Assembly (NCBI GenBank): GCA_012295275.1
Contig: CM022678.1
Location: 8,184,001-8,248,000 of the forward strand
Reading direction: 5' to 3'
DNA length: 64,000 nucleotides
From: Chrysomallon squamiferum
Lineage: Eukaryota > Animalia > Mollusca
Shown here: positions 39,110-51,673 of the stretch, in pieces
Numbering within the stretch: the stretch's first letter is position 1
Layout of the letters: each line of letters opens with the position of its first letter
The notes under the pieces: generated by a model
What the model was told of the DNA's origin: nothing
The model's input: only the letters and a program-made list of their open reading frames with translations
Databases searched by the model: none
Translations under genes and position numbers: made by a program

Positions 39110-39454
39110 TCCACTTAGACGCATACGTAACCGATCTGGGTTTGATCTTACATAAACCGACTACAGCTCAGATCTAGACTTAAACATCTGACTGAGAAAT
39201 AAACGATAGACATACAGTGACTAATTTCTCGTTGTGTTTTCTAGTAAGTCATTTAACTACTTTTATTGTCGACGGACACGCCCGCTGATCTGTCAGAAAG
39301 CGTGCCCGTCGTAGACGTGCTTCACAACAGCTTGCTCTGATTAGCACGTTAATTTTTTTCAGTTCAGTTCAGTTCAGATCTAGACACACACATGTGAGTG
39401 AGAAATAAACGATAGACACACAGTGACTCATTCTCGTTGTGTTTTCTAGTACGT
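39110..39454 (+). promoter_or_regulatory. Candidate promoter with a duplicated non-coding first exon (also at ~50080-50425 and ~59780-60135)
   Basis: Two copies of the agatctagac...gagaaataaacga...gttttcta block, ending in GTAAGT (39244) and GTACGT (39449), flank a CpG-rich inverted repeat. Acceptor at 40349-40350. Confidence 0.55.
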
Positions 39455-39985
39455 CATTTTAACTACTTTTATATATATTTCATTATATTGATGTGTATTT
39501 GCTTCAGTATTATTTAACTGTATTAGAATATTAGTTGAATCAAAGATTTATGTAAATTCATCGATTCTTGTAATAAATATGACACATGAATAATATTTAC
39601 AAACTGCTTGTCATAGTCTTTAACATACATAGTGCTTTTGAAAAATAAATCTAACTGTCAGTATATAAACTGAATTCTCTACGTCTTTATAGAGAAAACT
39701 AAAGGTTAGTTGATTGAATATTTCTTGGTATTTATGAAGAATACACATCTTCTCAAGACAATTCGATGGTATTTGACTCCAGTAACAATTTTCATTTTAT
39801 TGTTATTTTATATGAGTCTTAGAACATTTTTATTATTATTTTTTTTTTTTTTCTAAAATGGCTCTTGGAAAACAACAACCATAGTTTTCGTCTTAGATGC
39901 ATTAAGTTTTAACTTCCAGATTTCCCAGAGTAATTCAAAGGATGGCAGGTGGTGTTACAAATCATCTGCTGTTTCTTTTAACAGA

Positions 39986-40068
<83 letters not shown>
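39986..40068 (+). repeat. (AAT)n microsatellite in the putative intron; paralogs at 50954-51030 and 60663-60763
   Basis: Direct reading; length differs among units A, B and C. Confidence 0.95.
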
Positions 40069-40069
<1 letters not shown>

Positions 40070-40724
40070 CTGATGTACATCAAGGTTTATAAAAAAAAAC
40101 TCTCTTCCTTCACGATTGTCCAAGGTGAAAATATTACTTCATCATTTATGTAGAATCAACACGAAAAAGATGGCAGATTTCCTTTTTGCCTTACTCCAAA
40201 ATCGCATGTAAACATAGGATTTTCAAAATGTAGAACGGAATAGATTTGTAATTAAATAGAATCTATTGTATAAAATTATATACTTCAATAAAATACGCCA
40301 TTTTAAATATTGCATTCTCTTAGTTTCTTGTTTCTATTTTATATTTTCAGAAATGAATAAGAAAGTAAGAACCAGAATTCAGGACCTTGATGAAAGAGAA
40401 TAAAGCGTGAAGTGATGAAAATAATTTGGACAAATTACAAATTGTTGTTTTAAGAAATATCCCCTTTAGCACTATTAATTCACTCTGTTTTTTATACCAC
40501 GTCACATTACATTCAAGAGACGTGAATCTTGTACTAAGATGTAATTATAGTAGTCGTGGTAACCTAATGAAATAAACTTTACAACCGGTAGAAAGAGACA
40601 AAATGTGATGTCTGTATGGAATGAAGTTTAACCCATTGAAATACGAGTTTAAAGCGGAGAGAAAGGGTTTAAGTATGAAATGTGTGAGAGATGATTTTCT
40701 AAAAAATAGAATATAAAAATTACC

Positions 40725-42269
40725 ATGGCAGCTAAAAGTTATGAAGAATTATTCAGCATTCATTCTGGTGAGAAACCTTTTAAATGTGAAGTTTGTGCAA
40801 AATGTTTCTCAAAACGGCCAAAAATAGAAAATCATATGAGAATCCATACTGGACAGAAACCCTTTAAATGTGAACTTTGTGTCAAAAGTTTCTCAAACAG
40901 TTCGTATCTAAAAAGTCACATGAAGCATCACACTAATGAGAAACCTTTTAAATGTGAGGTTTGTGCAAAATGTTTCAATCAGCGTTCGAGTTTAAAATGT
41001 CATATGACCATCCATACTGGAGAGAAACCTTTTAAATGTGAGATTTGTGGAAAATGTTTCAATCACCGTTCGACATTAAAAGGTCATATGACCATCCATA
41101 CTGGAGAGAAACCTTTTAAATGTGAGGTTTGTGCAAAATGACCATCCATAAAACGTCATTTGATGGTCCACTCTGGAGAGAAACCTTTTAAATGTGAGGT
41201 TTGTGCAAAATGTTTCAATCACCGTTCGACATTAAAAGGTCATATGACCATCCATACTGGAGAGAAACCTTTTAAATGTGAGGTTTGTGGAAAATGTTTC
41301 TCCCGACCTGACCATGTAAAACGTCATTTGATGGTCCACTCTGGAGAGAAACCTTTTAAATGTGAGGTTTGTGGAAAATGTTTCTCACGGAGTTCGGATT
41401 TTAAATGTCATATGAACATCCATACTGGAGAGAAACCTTTTAAATGTGAAATTTGTGCAAAATGTTTCAATCGGCGTTCGAGTTTAAAAGGTCATATGAA
41501 CATCCATACTGGAGAGAAACCTTTTAAATGTGAAGTTTGTGCAAAATGTTTCTCATACAGTTCGAATCTAAAAGATCACATGAGGGTCCATACGGGAAAT
41601 AAATCTTTTAAATGTGAGATTTGTGTCAAATGTTTCTCATACAGTTCGAATCTAAAACGTCACATGAAGCATCACACTAATGAGAAACCTTTTAAATGTG
41701 AAATTTGTGTAAAATGTTTCTCACGGAGTTCGGGTTTAAAATGTCATATGAACGTCCATACTGGAGAGAAACCTTTTAAATGTGAGGTTTGTGAAAAATG
41801 TTTCTCACGGAGTTCGGGTTTAAAATGTCATATGAACGTCCATACTGGAGAGAAACCTTTTAAATGTGAGGTTTGTGAAAAATGTTTCTCATACAGTTCG
41901 AATCTAAAAGATCACATGAGGGTCCATACGGGAAATAAATCTTTTAAATGTGAGATTTGTGTCAAATGTTTCTCATACAGTTCGAATCTAAAACGTCACA
42001 TGAAGCATCACACTAATGAGAAACCTTTTAAATGTGAAATTTGTGTAAAATGTTTCTCACGGAGTTCGGGTTTAAAATGTCATATGAACGTCCATACTGG
42101 AGAGAAACCTTTTAAATGTGAGGTTTGTGAAAAATGTTTCTCACGGAGTTCGGGTTTAAAATGTCATATGAACGTCCATACTGGAGAGAAACCTTTTAAA
42201 TGTGAGGTTTGTGAAAAATGTTTCTCACACAGTTCGAGCTTAAAATATCATGTGAAAATACATGCTTGA
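40725..42269 (+). pseudogene. 18-finger C2H2 ZNF gene (copy A) interrupted by an in-frame TGA in finger 5; could yield a 4-finger and/or a 13-finger product
   Basis: ORFs 40725..41141 and 41160..42269 share a frame (offset 435 nt). A net 12-nt lesion creates TGA at 41139-41141; next in-frame ATG at 41163. Confidence 0.8.
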
Positions 42270-43071
42270 TAGAAATCTTTTAAATGTTAAATTTTTGTAA
42301 AATATTTCTCATATAACTGGAATCTACAACGTCACATGGAAATCCATTTTGGTCGGGAACCTTTAAGAATGATTCATGATAATACAAAAGTTAAATGAGA
42401 ATTGTTTTAAATAAAAGAGAGAAAAAAACATGCTTCAGTATTTATATTCTTTAATTTTGAGTAGCAAGACTGTTTTGACAGCATGTACTATTGTCACTAC
42501 AGATATGAAGTAGTTGACTGATGGCTAATTTTGTTTATGATAATTCTAGAAGAAAGCTCATAGCAAATGGTTTTTATTTTATTTTATTTTTTAAATTTCA
42601 TGATTCTGTGATTACTATTTATGTAGTTATTAATAACAACATTTTTTTAGGGAAAGTTCCAATTTTCGTATTAAGAATATAGAAAAGAAAAGAAAAGAAA
42701 AGAAAAGAAAATCAAACTTGAAAATATTGCTAAGTACATTTTAGTACTGCTGTAAAAGTACGACTTATGACATATTTTAAAACCACTGCAAATACTATTA
42801 CTGCTGCTATAGCCGCTATAACCGCTCAACAATTCTAACTAACACGACAGCTACTACTACAATAGTTACAGTTACTACAGCTGTTCCTACTATTACTACT
42901 ACAACAGATACAAAGTATAGGTTTTATTATATGTTTTATTATATGTTTATTCTTTATTTAAATTGAAGAATCTTTTGGTTTAAGCATTGAAACTACAGCA
43001 GAACTTTGTTTAAAACATAGGCATATCCAATTTTTCTCATAACTTTGTAGAAAATCACAAATGCACTTCTA

Positions 43072-45248
43072 TATGTTATTTTTATGGCAACTACTGAAGA
43101 AAGTAAAGAGGAAGTCCTTTTTGTTTTATCCTCCATGACTCTGTGATCAGTAGTTTTGTAGTCATTATAAAGAACATTATTTTAGAGAAATAGATTGGTC
43201 GCAGCGATCAAATAAAATAATACTGTTGTTTGCGATATCAGAGTGCACAGTTCAGTTTGAATGAAAAGTGATAGCGTAGACAGTTGAACTAGGGGGAGAT
43301 AAACCACGGAATTGCCATTAACACTAGAAGTACATGTTTCTCGTGTAAACGTTAAAAAAAACAGCAACAAAAAAAACCTCCACATCACCACACACACACA
43401 CACACAAAATAACAACACGCAGGCAATCTTCAAGAAGTATGAATTTTTCGCCGAATTCTGTTTCGATTTGAAACAAAACATTTAATATCAAAGAGTGAGA
43501 TAAGAAACAGAAATCAATTTTAAACAATGTATTATAGTAATTCGTTAACAGCCACACTGTATTTTCTGTTTAACTGATATACCTATAGTTGTGTGTGTGT
43601 GTTTGTGTTTTTGTGTGTGTGTGTTTGTGTGTGTGTGTGTGCAACATAGCCTTTAACGATAGCCACTGTATAACTAGTGCATTGAAAAACGTTTTTATTT
43701 CGCAAATTTTCGTTTTATAAATTATGAACTTGATATAGCATTTGTAACATGTTTTGGGATAACATGATGTTTAATACATCAGACAATTGAGATTCATTAA
43801 AATTAACAGCATTTGCCCAAAATGTTAATGAACTACAGTAATGAGGGAAAAAAAAAAAAAAAAAATTACTAATATTTCTTTCAGAATCTTTGGTATACCT
43901 GATAAAGAGCTAAATGAAAGTGTACTGCTGCGTTGCAGGTTCGGATAAGATCGATGCCAATATTTGCAGTTCAGACATAAACATTGTGTGCGTAACGAAC
44001 GTTGCGACAGATTTGTTTCAGATATTCACCATTATGTTTCCCTTGCCGTACCCTGTCGTTCATTCTGTAAACAAAATATCCAGTTATCCGTTACTTTTAG
44101 CCCGATAATAACATATGCAACATATTCAATCATCACAATATATTTTTTGTAAAGTAAGTATTAAAAAATAAGATATAAAAAAGAGTAATTTGAGATAAAA
44201 ACAGAAGTGAAATTAACAATAATAATATTATAAAATTAACAATTATAATATTATATCGTATTTAATATAAGCTGTCAATATTTTGATTTTTAGAAAATCA
44301 TTTGATAGAGACTTTATATTTAAAAGGCTTCATTCCTCTCTGAACTCATGTTTTGCTACATTACAACTATTACTGTAATTACATCTTACTACAAAGTTTC
44401 CAAATCGGATTCGGTTATCTTGACTAATATAATTATATCTTACTACAAGATTCCCAAATTAGATTTGTCTTAAATTAATGTGACGACTGTCTGAAATTTC
44501 AAGGAAATAGATTTTCTTTCCACAATTCACATTTTAATCTCACTTTCACCAAAATCTATAATTGTAATTCTGACCTGTTTTCTCATTTGAGAAAACATAA
44601 AATAAAAATAATAATTCAGGCAACCGGATAGTACATGTACTTGGGATATTTTATTGTAGTGGATTATTTAACAAACAAATTTAATACTTTATTAATAATG
44701 TTAAAGTTATATCAAGTTGTACACATGGAGGGTACATCAATAGAAAAAAAAAAAAAATCCAATGGGCACCGTACTACCAATTGCAAACCAAATGAAAGGA
44801 AACAACCTAGAAAATGACCACGGAGGAATGAACTGGTTGAGCAGTGGATATAACCGTCTTTTAGATGTCAGCACGAGACAGGATGATGTCAAAACAATAC
44901 ACTGAGGATCTGTGAAGCTGCCAAGTTTCAATCAGCTGACCGTCACGTCTGAGGTAGATTCAAACGTGTGTGTTTTTTTGTTTCTATAGTCATCATCTTT
45001 AAACAGACAAAACGTAGTTTCACACATAAATTATGCTGAACGTTCACATGCATTTTGCGAATTCCCTTTAAATACAGCTATCAATTTAATATAATTTATT
45101 TCATTTTGATATATATTTTACTTACATCTTGTTTCATATTTCCTTTCTTCTTTATGTTTTCATTCGTCTTTCTTATCTTTATTCTATTTCCTCATTCTTA
45201 TGTTTTCATAAGTGCATGAACATGACATATTTAGAATACATGCATACA

Positions 45249-45281
<33 letters not shown>

Positions 45282-46167
45282 TTCTGTGTATATTTATCTA
45301 TTTGTATCAGTGTGAATGTGTTTATGTAATTTTATATTTCTGAATCTGTATTTAGGTTTGATTAGCTATATAGATACATATTTTTATCTCCGTGTATATT
45401 TTTCTATTTGTGCAACCATGTGTGTCAGTAACATACATCTAGCTCGACGTATGTACGTTTCTCAGTTTCTGTTTGTATTCAGTATTGAAATCTATCGATC
45501 TATATATCTCTTTATGCTCTTTATGCTCAAATATAATTTATAATGTGTTTGTAAGTACGTATGTGTATGACCATATATTGACTAAATTTATATTTGACTA
45601 TATATGTCTATACTCATATTTCTATCCATCATATCTTCTATATGTTACTTTTATGGCAACTATAGAAGAAAGTAAAGAGGAAGTCCTTTTTGTTTTATCC
45701 TCCATGACTCTGTGATCAGTAGTTTTGTAGCCATTATAAGGAACATTATTTTAGACAAATAGATTGGTCGTAGCGATCAAATAAAATAATACTGTTGTTT
45801 GCGATATCAGAGTGCACAGTTCAGTTTGAATGAAAAGTAGACACCAAAGTTGAACTAGGGGGAGATAAACCTCGGAATTGCCATTAACACTAGAAGTACA
45901 TGTTTCTCGTGTAAACGTTAAAAATGTGAGGAAAACAGCAACAAAAAACCCCAACTCCACAACACCACGCACAAAAAAAAAAAAACAACAACACGCAGGC
46001 AATCTTCAAGAAGTATGAATTTTTCGCCGAATTCTGTTTCGATTTGAAACAAAACATTTAATATCAAAGAGTGAGATAAGAAACAGAAATTAATTTTAAA
46101 CAATGTATTATATTAAGTTCATTAACAGCCACACTGTATTTTCTGTTTAACTGATATACCTATAGTC

Positions 46168-46231
<64 letters not shown>

Positions 46232-46429
46232 GTGTGTGTGTGTGCAACAATAGCCACTGTATAACTAGTGCATTGAAAAACGTTTTTATTTCGCAAATTT
46301 TCGTTTTATAAATTTTGAACTTGATATAGCATTTGTAATATGTTTTGGGATGTTTAGTACATCAGACAATTGAGATTCATTAAAATTAACAGCTTTTGCC
46401 CAAAATGTTAATGAACTACAGTAATGAGG

Positions 46430-46464
<35 letters not shown>

Positions 46465-47290
46465 AATAATAATAATAATAATAATAAATAAAATAGTTCT
46501 TTCAGAATATTTGGTATAGCTGATAAAGAGCTAAATGAAAGTGTACTGCTGCGTTGCAGGTTCGGATAAGATCGATGCCAATATTTGCAGTTCAGACATA
46601 AACATTGTGTGCGTAACGAACGTTGCGACTGGTTTGTGCCAGATATTCACCATTATTTTTCCCTTGCCGTACCCTGCCGTTCATTCTGTAAACAAAATAT
46701 CCAGTTATCCGTTACTTTTAGCCCGATAATAACATATGCAACATATTCAATCATCACAATATATTTTTTCAAAAGTAAGTATTGGGGCATAGGTTTTTCA
46801 TTTTTAATTAAAAATTGAGATATAAAAAGAGGAATTTGAGATAAAAACAGAAGTGAAATTAACAATAATTATATTGTAAAATTAACAATTATAATATTAT
46901 ATCGTATTTAATATAAGCTCTGAATACTTTCATTTTAAGAAAATCATTTGATAGAGACTTTATATTTAAAAGGTTTCATTCCTCTCTGAACTCATGTTTT
47001 ATATTTCTGAATCTGTATTTAGGTTTGATTATCTATATAGATACATATTTTTATCTCCGTGTATATTTTTCTATTTGTGCAACCAGGTGTGTCAGTAACA
47101 TACATCTAGCTCGACGTATGTACGTTTCTCAGTTTCTGTTTGTATTCAGTATTGAAATCTATCGATCTATGTATCTCTGTATGCTCAAATATAATTTATA
47201 ATGTGTTTGTAAGTACGTATGTGTATGACCATATATTGACTAAATTTATATTTGACTATATATGTCTATACTCATATTTCTATCCATCAT
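43072..47290 (+). repeat. Internal ~2.57-kb-period duplication within unit A (also in unit B at ~53280-57510)
   Basis: 43081 ~ 45650 (tttatggcaacta..gaagaaagtaaagagg); 43885 ~ 46506; 45331-45630 ~ 46998-47290. Confidence 0.85.
46176..46244 (+). repeat. (GT)n microsatellite; paralogs near 43590, 53798, 56394, 63698
   Basis: Direct reading. Confidence 0.93.
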
Positions 47291-47652
47291 AATATATTTG
47301 TGTCTCTGTGTCTATCTTTGTATCTATATTAGCATATTCCTACATTTATACAAAAAGAAAAATCTAACTTCATCTTCACTAATACACTCGCAAATAAACA
47401 AACCTTCAGTATGTATAATTATGAATACAAATCATCATATATACAAATACCAATTAACACACATACTCCACTCACATGAAACCTGTTTCGACAAACAAAC
47501 ATATATCCACAGGAAACTTTATTTGTAAATTAATAAAATATCTTACAACAGTGAAACTGACTTGATCAAAGTTCATCTGACGATGTCGTAGTAGTGCAGG
47601 TTCAAATGCGAAGTCTCTATGGAATGAATTTTCTAAAAATGAGAATATAAAA

Positions 47653-48150
47653 ATGAAGATGGCAACTCACAGTAACGAAGAACTATTCAGCATCCATACT
47701 GGTAAGAAACCTTTCAGAAGTGAGGTTTGTGGAAAATGTTTCTCACAAAGACTACATGTAAAACGTCATATGACTATCCATACTGGACTGAAACCCTTTA
47801 AATGTGAAGTTCGTGCAAAATGTTTCAAACGAGATGACGAAGTAAAGTGTCATATGAATATCCACACTGGACAGAAACGTTTCAAATGTGAGGTTTGTGG
47901 AAGATGTTTCCAGCGTTGGAATTTAAAATATCAATTCATACTTGAGAGAAATCTGTAAAATGAAAGGTTTCTTTAAAATGCTCTTCAGAAGGTTCATATG
48001 AAGGTCCACACTGGTGACAATTTTTAGAATATAAGGTTTCTGCAAAATATTTCTCACGACGTTTAAAAATATGAAAATTCATGCTGGAGTCAAGACTTTG
48101 AAATGTGAAGTTCGTGCGAAATGTTTCTAAAAAGCTGGTTATCACACAAC
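47653..48150 (+). pseudogene. Decayed ZNF gene (zinc-ligand substitutions, frameshift, fossil fingers beyond the stop)
   Basis: ORF 47653..47958 has RSEVC and CEVRAKC ligand losses, a third finger lacking its His pair, and further decayed fingers to ~48150. Confidence 0.8.
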
Positions 48151-50953
48151 GTCACGTTTGGGAAATAAAGGTGATAATTTGTGAAATTAAGAAAAAAGAA
48201 ATCATAAAACGTAATATGCTATTTTGTAATAACCACATTTGATAAATGAAGAATACGAATTTTGATTAGTTTACTAGATAACAAATCTGAAATACTACTA
48301 GTACTATTACAACATCATGGCAGTTATGCAAACTTTCGTCAGTTCATTGTCATTGTTATAACAGATTATCTTAATTTCAGTAATAATGTTTTCTCTTCAT
48401 GTTTGTCTCTGTTTTGTCTGTATTGGTACATACATTCCACATATCCATTACGTTTTTTGTATTTTTTTAAAATTATGAATACGTCTATATACTATAAGCA
48501 TTTGAACTAATACTACTAATGCTGCTACATATTACTGTTACTACATTTTTTGTGCAGCTGCACCTTGTTTAAAATGACTGTTTTATTAACTTATAATAAT
48601 CTTGTAGACTACATGTTCTTTGTCACCAGCGACGTCTTCTTCATTTTACAAATCTAGAAAACTGAAGGAAATACAGAAATATATCCAAATGCATCCTTTG
48701 ATGCTAATTTCAAAATAAAATGTACATTATTACCATTGTTTTGTTTTACACCTTGACGTGTTTATATGATGCAATCATCTTTAGCAGCATTTCGTTCCAC
48801 TTCTTCATTTTACGAATATATACACAAACATAATAAAGATATGTAGGCAGATGCACACTAGGGTTGGTTTTAAGGGATAGTACTCTAAAAGATTAGGCTG
48901 TCTTAAAAATAAACAGTAGTAGTGTAGATCTGAATATATACTACACATTTTATTATTTTTTATTCCGCAAGTCTTCAGTAATCGCGTGTAATGTCCCACT
49001 AAGTAATTGATGAAAATTTAATCCAAAACATGAAAAATATCTCGTATCTAAATTGAAGTATTTTACTATCACTAAAATTACTGACTACTACTAACACTGA
49101 AAGAACTAACTAGTGTTAGGCTATTTGCTTGGTAGATAGATAAACGTGTGTGCTGTAATTCATGAATACTGAGTGATATGTAGTTATATTATTTACTGTG
49201 TGAATCAAATACGTAAAATTACAATAGCAAATGGTAAATAGATAACAGATGCAGGTTAGTGCAGAGCATTAAGGAAGCACATAGTTACGTACATTCAGTA
49301 ATGCTGATACTGTCTGTTATGACATGCAGTTCTATAGTCACGTACAAACAGCAGTATTGAGAATGTCCAGTACGATATTACAACTGAATAATTAATATTC
49401 ATTAAAATGCTTATTTCCATTAAGGACATTAACTGAAACATTTAATAAATCCTTACTTCTACAGCATTTTTGATGTCAGTATTTCCGCAAGTCTTCAGTA
49501 ATAGCGTGTAATGTCTCACTAATTAATTGATGAAAATTTAATCCAAAACATGAAAAATATCTCGTATCTAAATTGAAGTATTTTACAGCCTTCAATGTAG
49601 CTTTCTCTACTTTTACATATCACTTCATTGATCGGATATTTTAGAAATTTCCACGCGCTAGAATTACCACTTTTGCGGATTAACACTTCAGAATATAGAC
49701 CTTGTCATAATGCCAAACCTTCTAATTTCAAGTTGCGAAAGAAACGTTATACAACACTGAAGCATGAGCAACATTTTAAGCAATTGCTGTCATAATGGCA
49801 AACGTAGTATGTTCGTAACAAAACACTCAAGGATGAACGACACTCATTACACTTTAAACAAAAAACGTGCTAATGATAAATAAACTTCAATCAAAACCTG
49901 CCAATTAAAATCAATTGAAGAAACAAATAATTTAGAGTCTTATCTGTCAACAACAATGAACAATATAATATGTAATGAATAAGCCAGAAGCTTTATAAAC
50001 TATCAGAGAAGAAACAATAGTACGTTAATTGTTTTTCAACAATAGTGAACAGTTAAAACCTGTTATAATCAAACATCCACTTAGACGCATACGTAACCGA
50101 TCTGGGTTTGATCTTACATAAACCGACTACAGCTCAGATCTAGACTTAAACATCTGACTGAGAAATAAACGATAGACATACAGTGACTAATTTCTCGTTG
50201 TGTTTTCTAGTAAGTCATTTAACTACTTTTATTGTTTCTGCGACGGACACGCCCGCTGATCTGTCAGAAAGCGTGCCCGTCGTAGACGTGCTTCACAACA
50301 GCTTGCTCTGATTAGCACGTTAATTGTTTTCAGTTCAGTTCAGTTCAGATCTAGACACACACATGTGAGCGAGAAATAAACGATAGACACACAGTGACTC
50401 ATTCTCGTTGTGTTTTCTAGTACGTCATTTTAACTACTTTTATATATATTTCATTATATTGATGTGTATTTGCTTCAGTATTATTTAACTGTATTAGAAT
50501 ATTAGTTGAATCAAAGATTTATGTAAATTCATCGATTCTTGTAATAAATATGACACATGAATAATATTTACAAACTGCTTGTCATAGTCTTTAACATACA
50601 TAGTGCTTTTGAAAAATAAATCTAACTGTCAGTATATAAACTGAATTCTCTACGTCTTTATAGAGAAAACTAAAGGTTAGTTGATTGAATATTTCTTGGT
50701 ATTTATGAAGAATACACATCTTCTCAAGACAATTCGATGGTATTTGACTCCAGTAACAATTTTCATTTTATTGTTATTTTATATGAGTCTTAGAACATTT
50801 TTATTATTATTTTTTTTTTTCTAAAATGGCTCTTGGAAAACAACAACCATAGTTTTCGTCTTAGATGCATTAAGTTTTAACTTCCAGATTTCCCAGAGTA
50901 ATTCAAAGGATGGCAGGTGGTGTTACAAATCATCTGCTGTTTCTTTTAACAGA

Positions 50954-51031
<78 letters not shown>

Positions 51032-51673
51032 CTGATGTACATCAAGGTTTATAAAAAAAAACTCTCTTCCTTCACGATTGTCCAAGGTGAAAATATTACT
51101 TCATCATTTATGTAGAATCAACACGAAAAAGATGGCAGATTTCCTTTTGCCTTACTCCAAAATCGCATGTAAACATAGGATTTTCAAAATGTAGAACGGA
51201 ATAGATTTGTAATTAAATAGAATCTATTGTATAAAATTATATACTTCAATAAAATACGCCATTTTAAATATTGCATTCTCTTAGTTTCTTGTTTCTATTT
51301 TATATTTTCAGAAATGAATAAGAAAGTAAGAACCAGAATTCAGGACCTTGATGAAAGAGAATAAAGCGTGAAGTGATGAAAATAATTTGGACAAATTACA
51401 AATTGTTGTTTTAAGAAATAACCCTTTAGCACTATTAATTCACTCTGTTTTTACATTACATTCAAGAGACGTGAATCTTGTACTAAGATATAATTATAGT
51501 AGTCGTGGTAACCTAATGAAATAAACTTTACAGCCGGTAGAAAGAGACAAAATGTGATGTCTGTATGGAATGAAGTTTAACCCATTGAAATACGAGTTTA
51601 AAGCGGAAAGAAAGGGTTTAAGTATGAAATGTGTGAGAGATGATTTTCTGAAAAATAGAATATAAAAATTACC

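Larger units (their letters stand above)
38101..49066 (+). repeat. Recent segmental tandem duplication, unit A (~10.97 kb)
   Basis: Sequence from 49067 restarts at 38101 (tatcactaaaattactgact); TTAC microhomology at the junction. Confidence 0.9.

Noticed and set aside
41139-41141. Selenocysteine or programmed readthrough at the in-frame TGA
   Set aside because: The TGA arises from an indel that also removes the recognition helix, is absent from paralogs, and no SECIS was recognised.
40725-42269. PRDM9 or KRAB-ZNF orthology
   Set aside because: No PR/SET, KRAB, SCAN, BTB or ZAD domain is visible in the window; the resemblance is in evolutionary pattern only, so no gene symbol was assigned.
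50237-50286. Hammerhead ribozyme (CTGA...GAAA flanked by a stem)
   Set aside because: Lacks CUGANGA, the NUH cleavage triplet and stem I.
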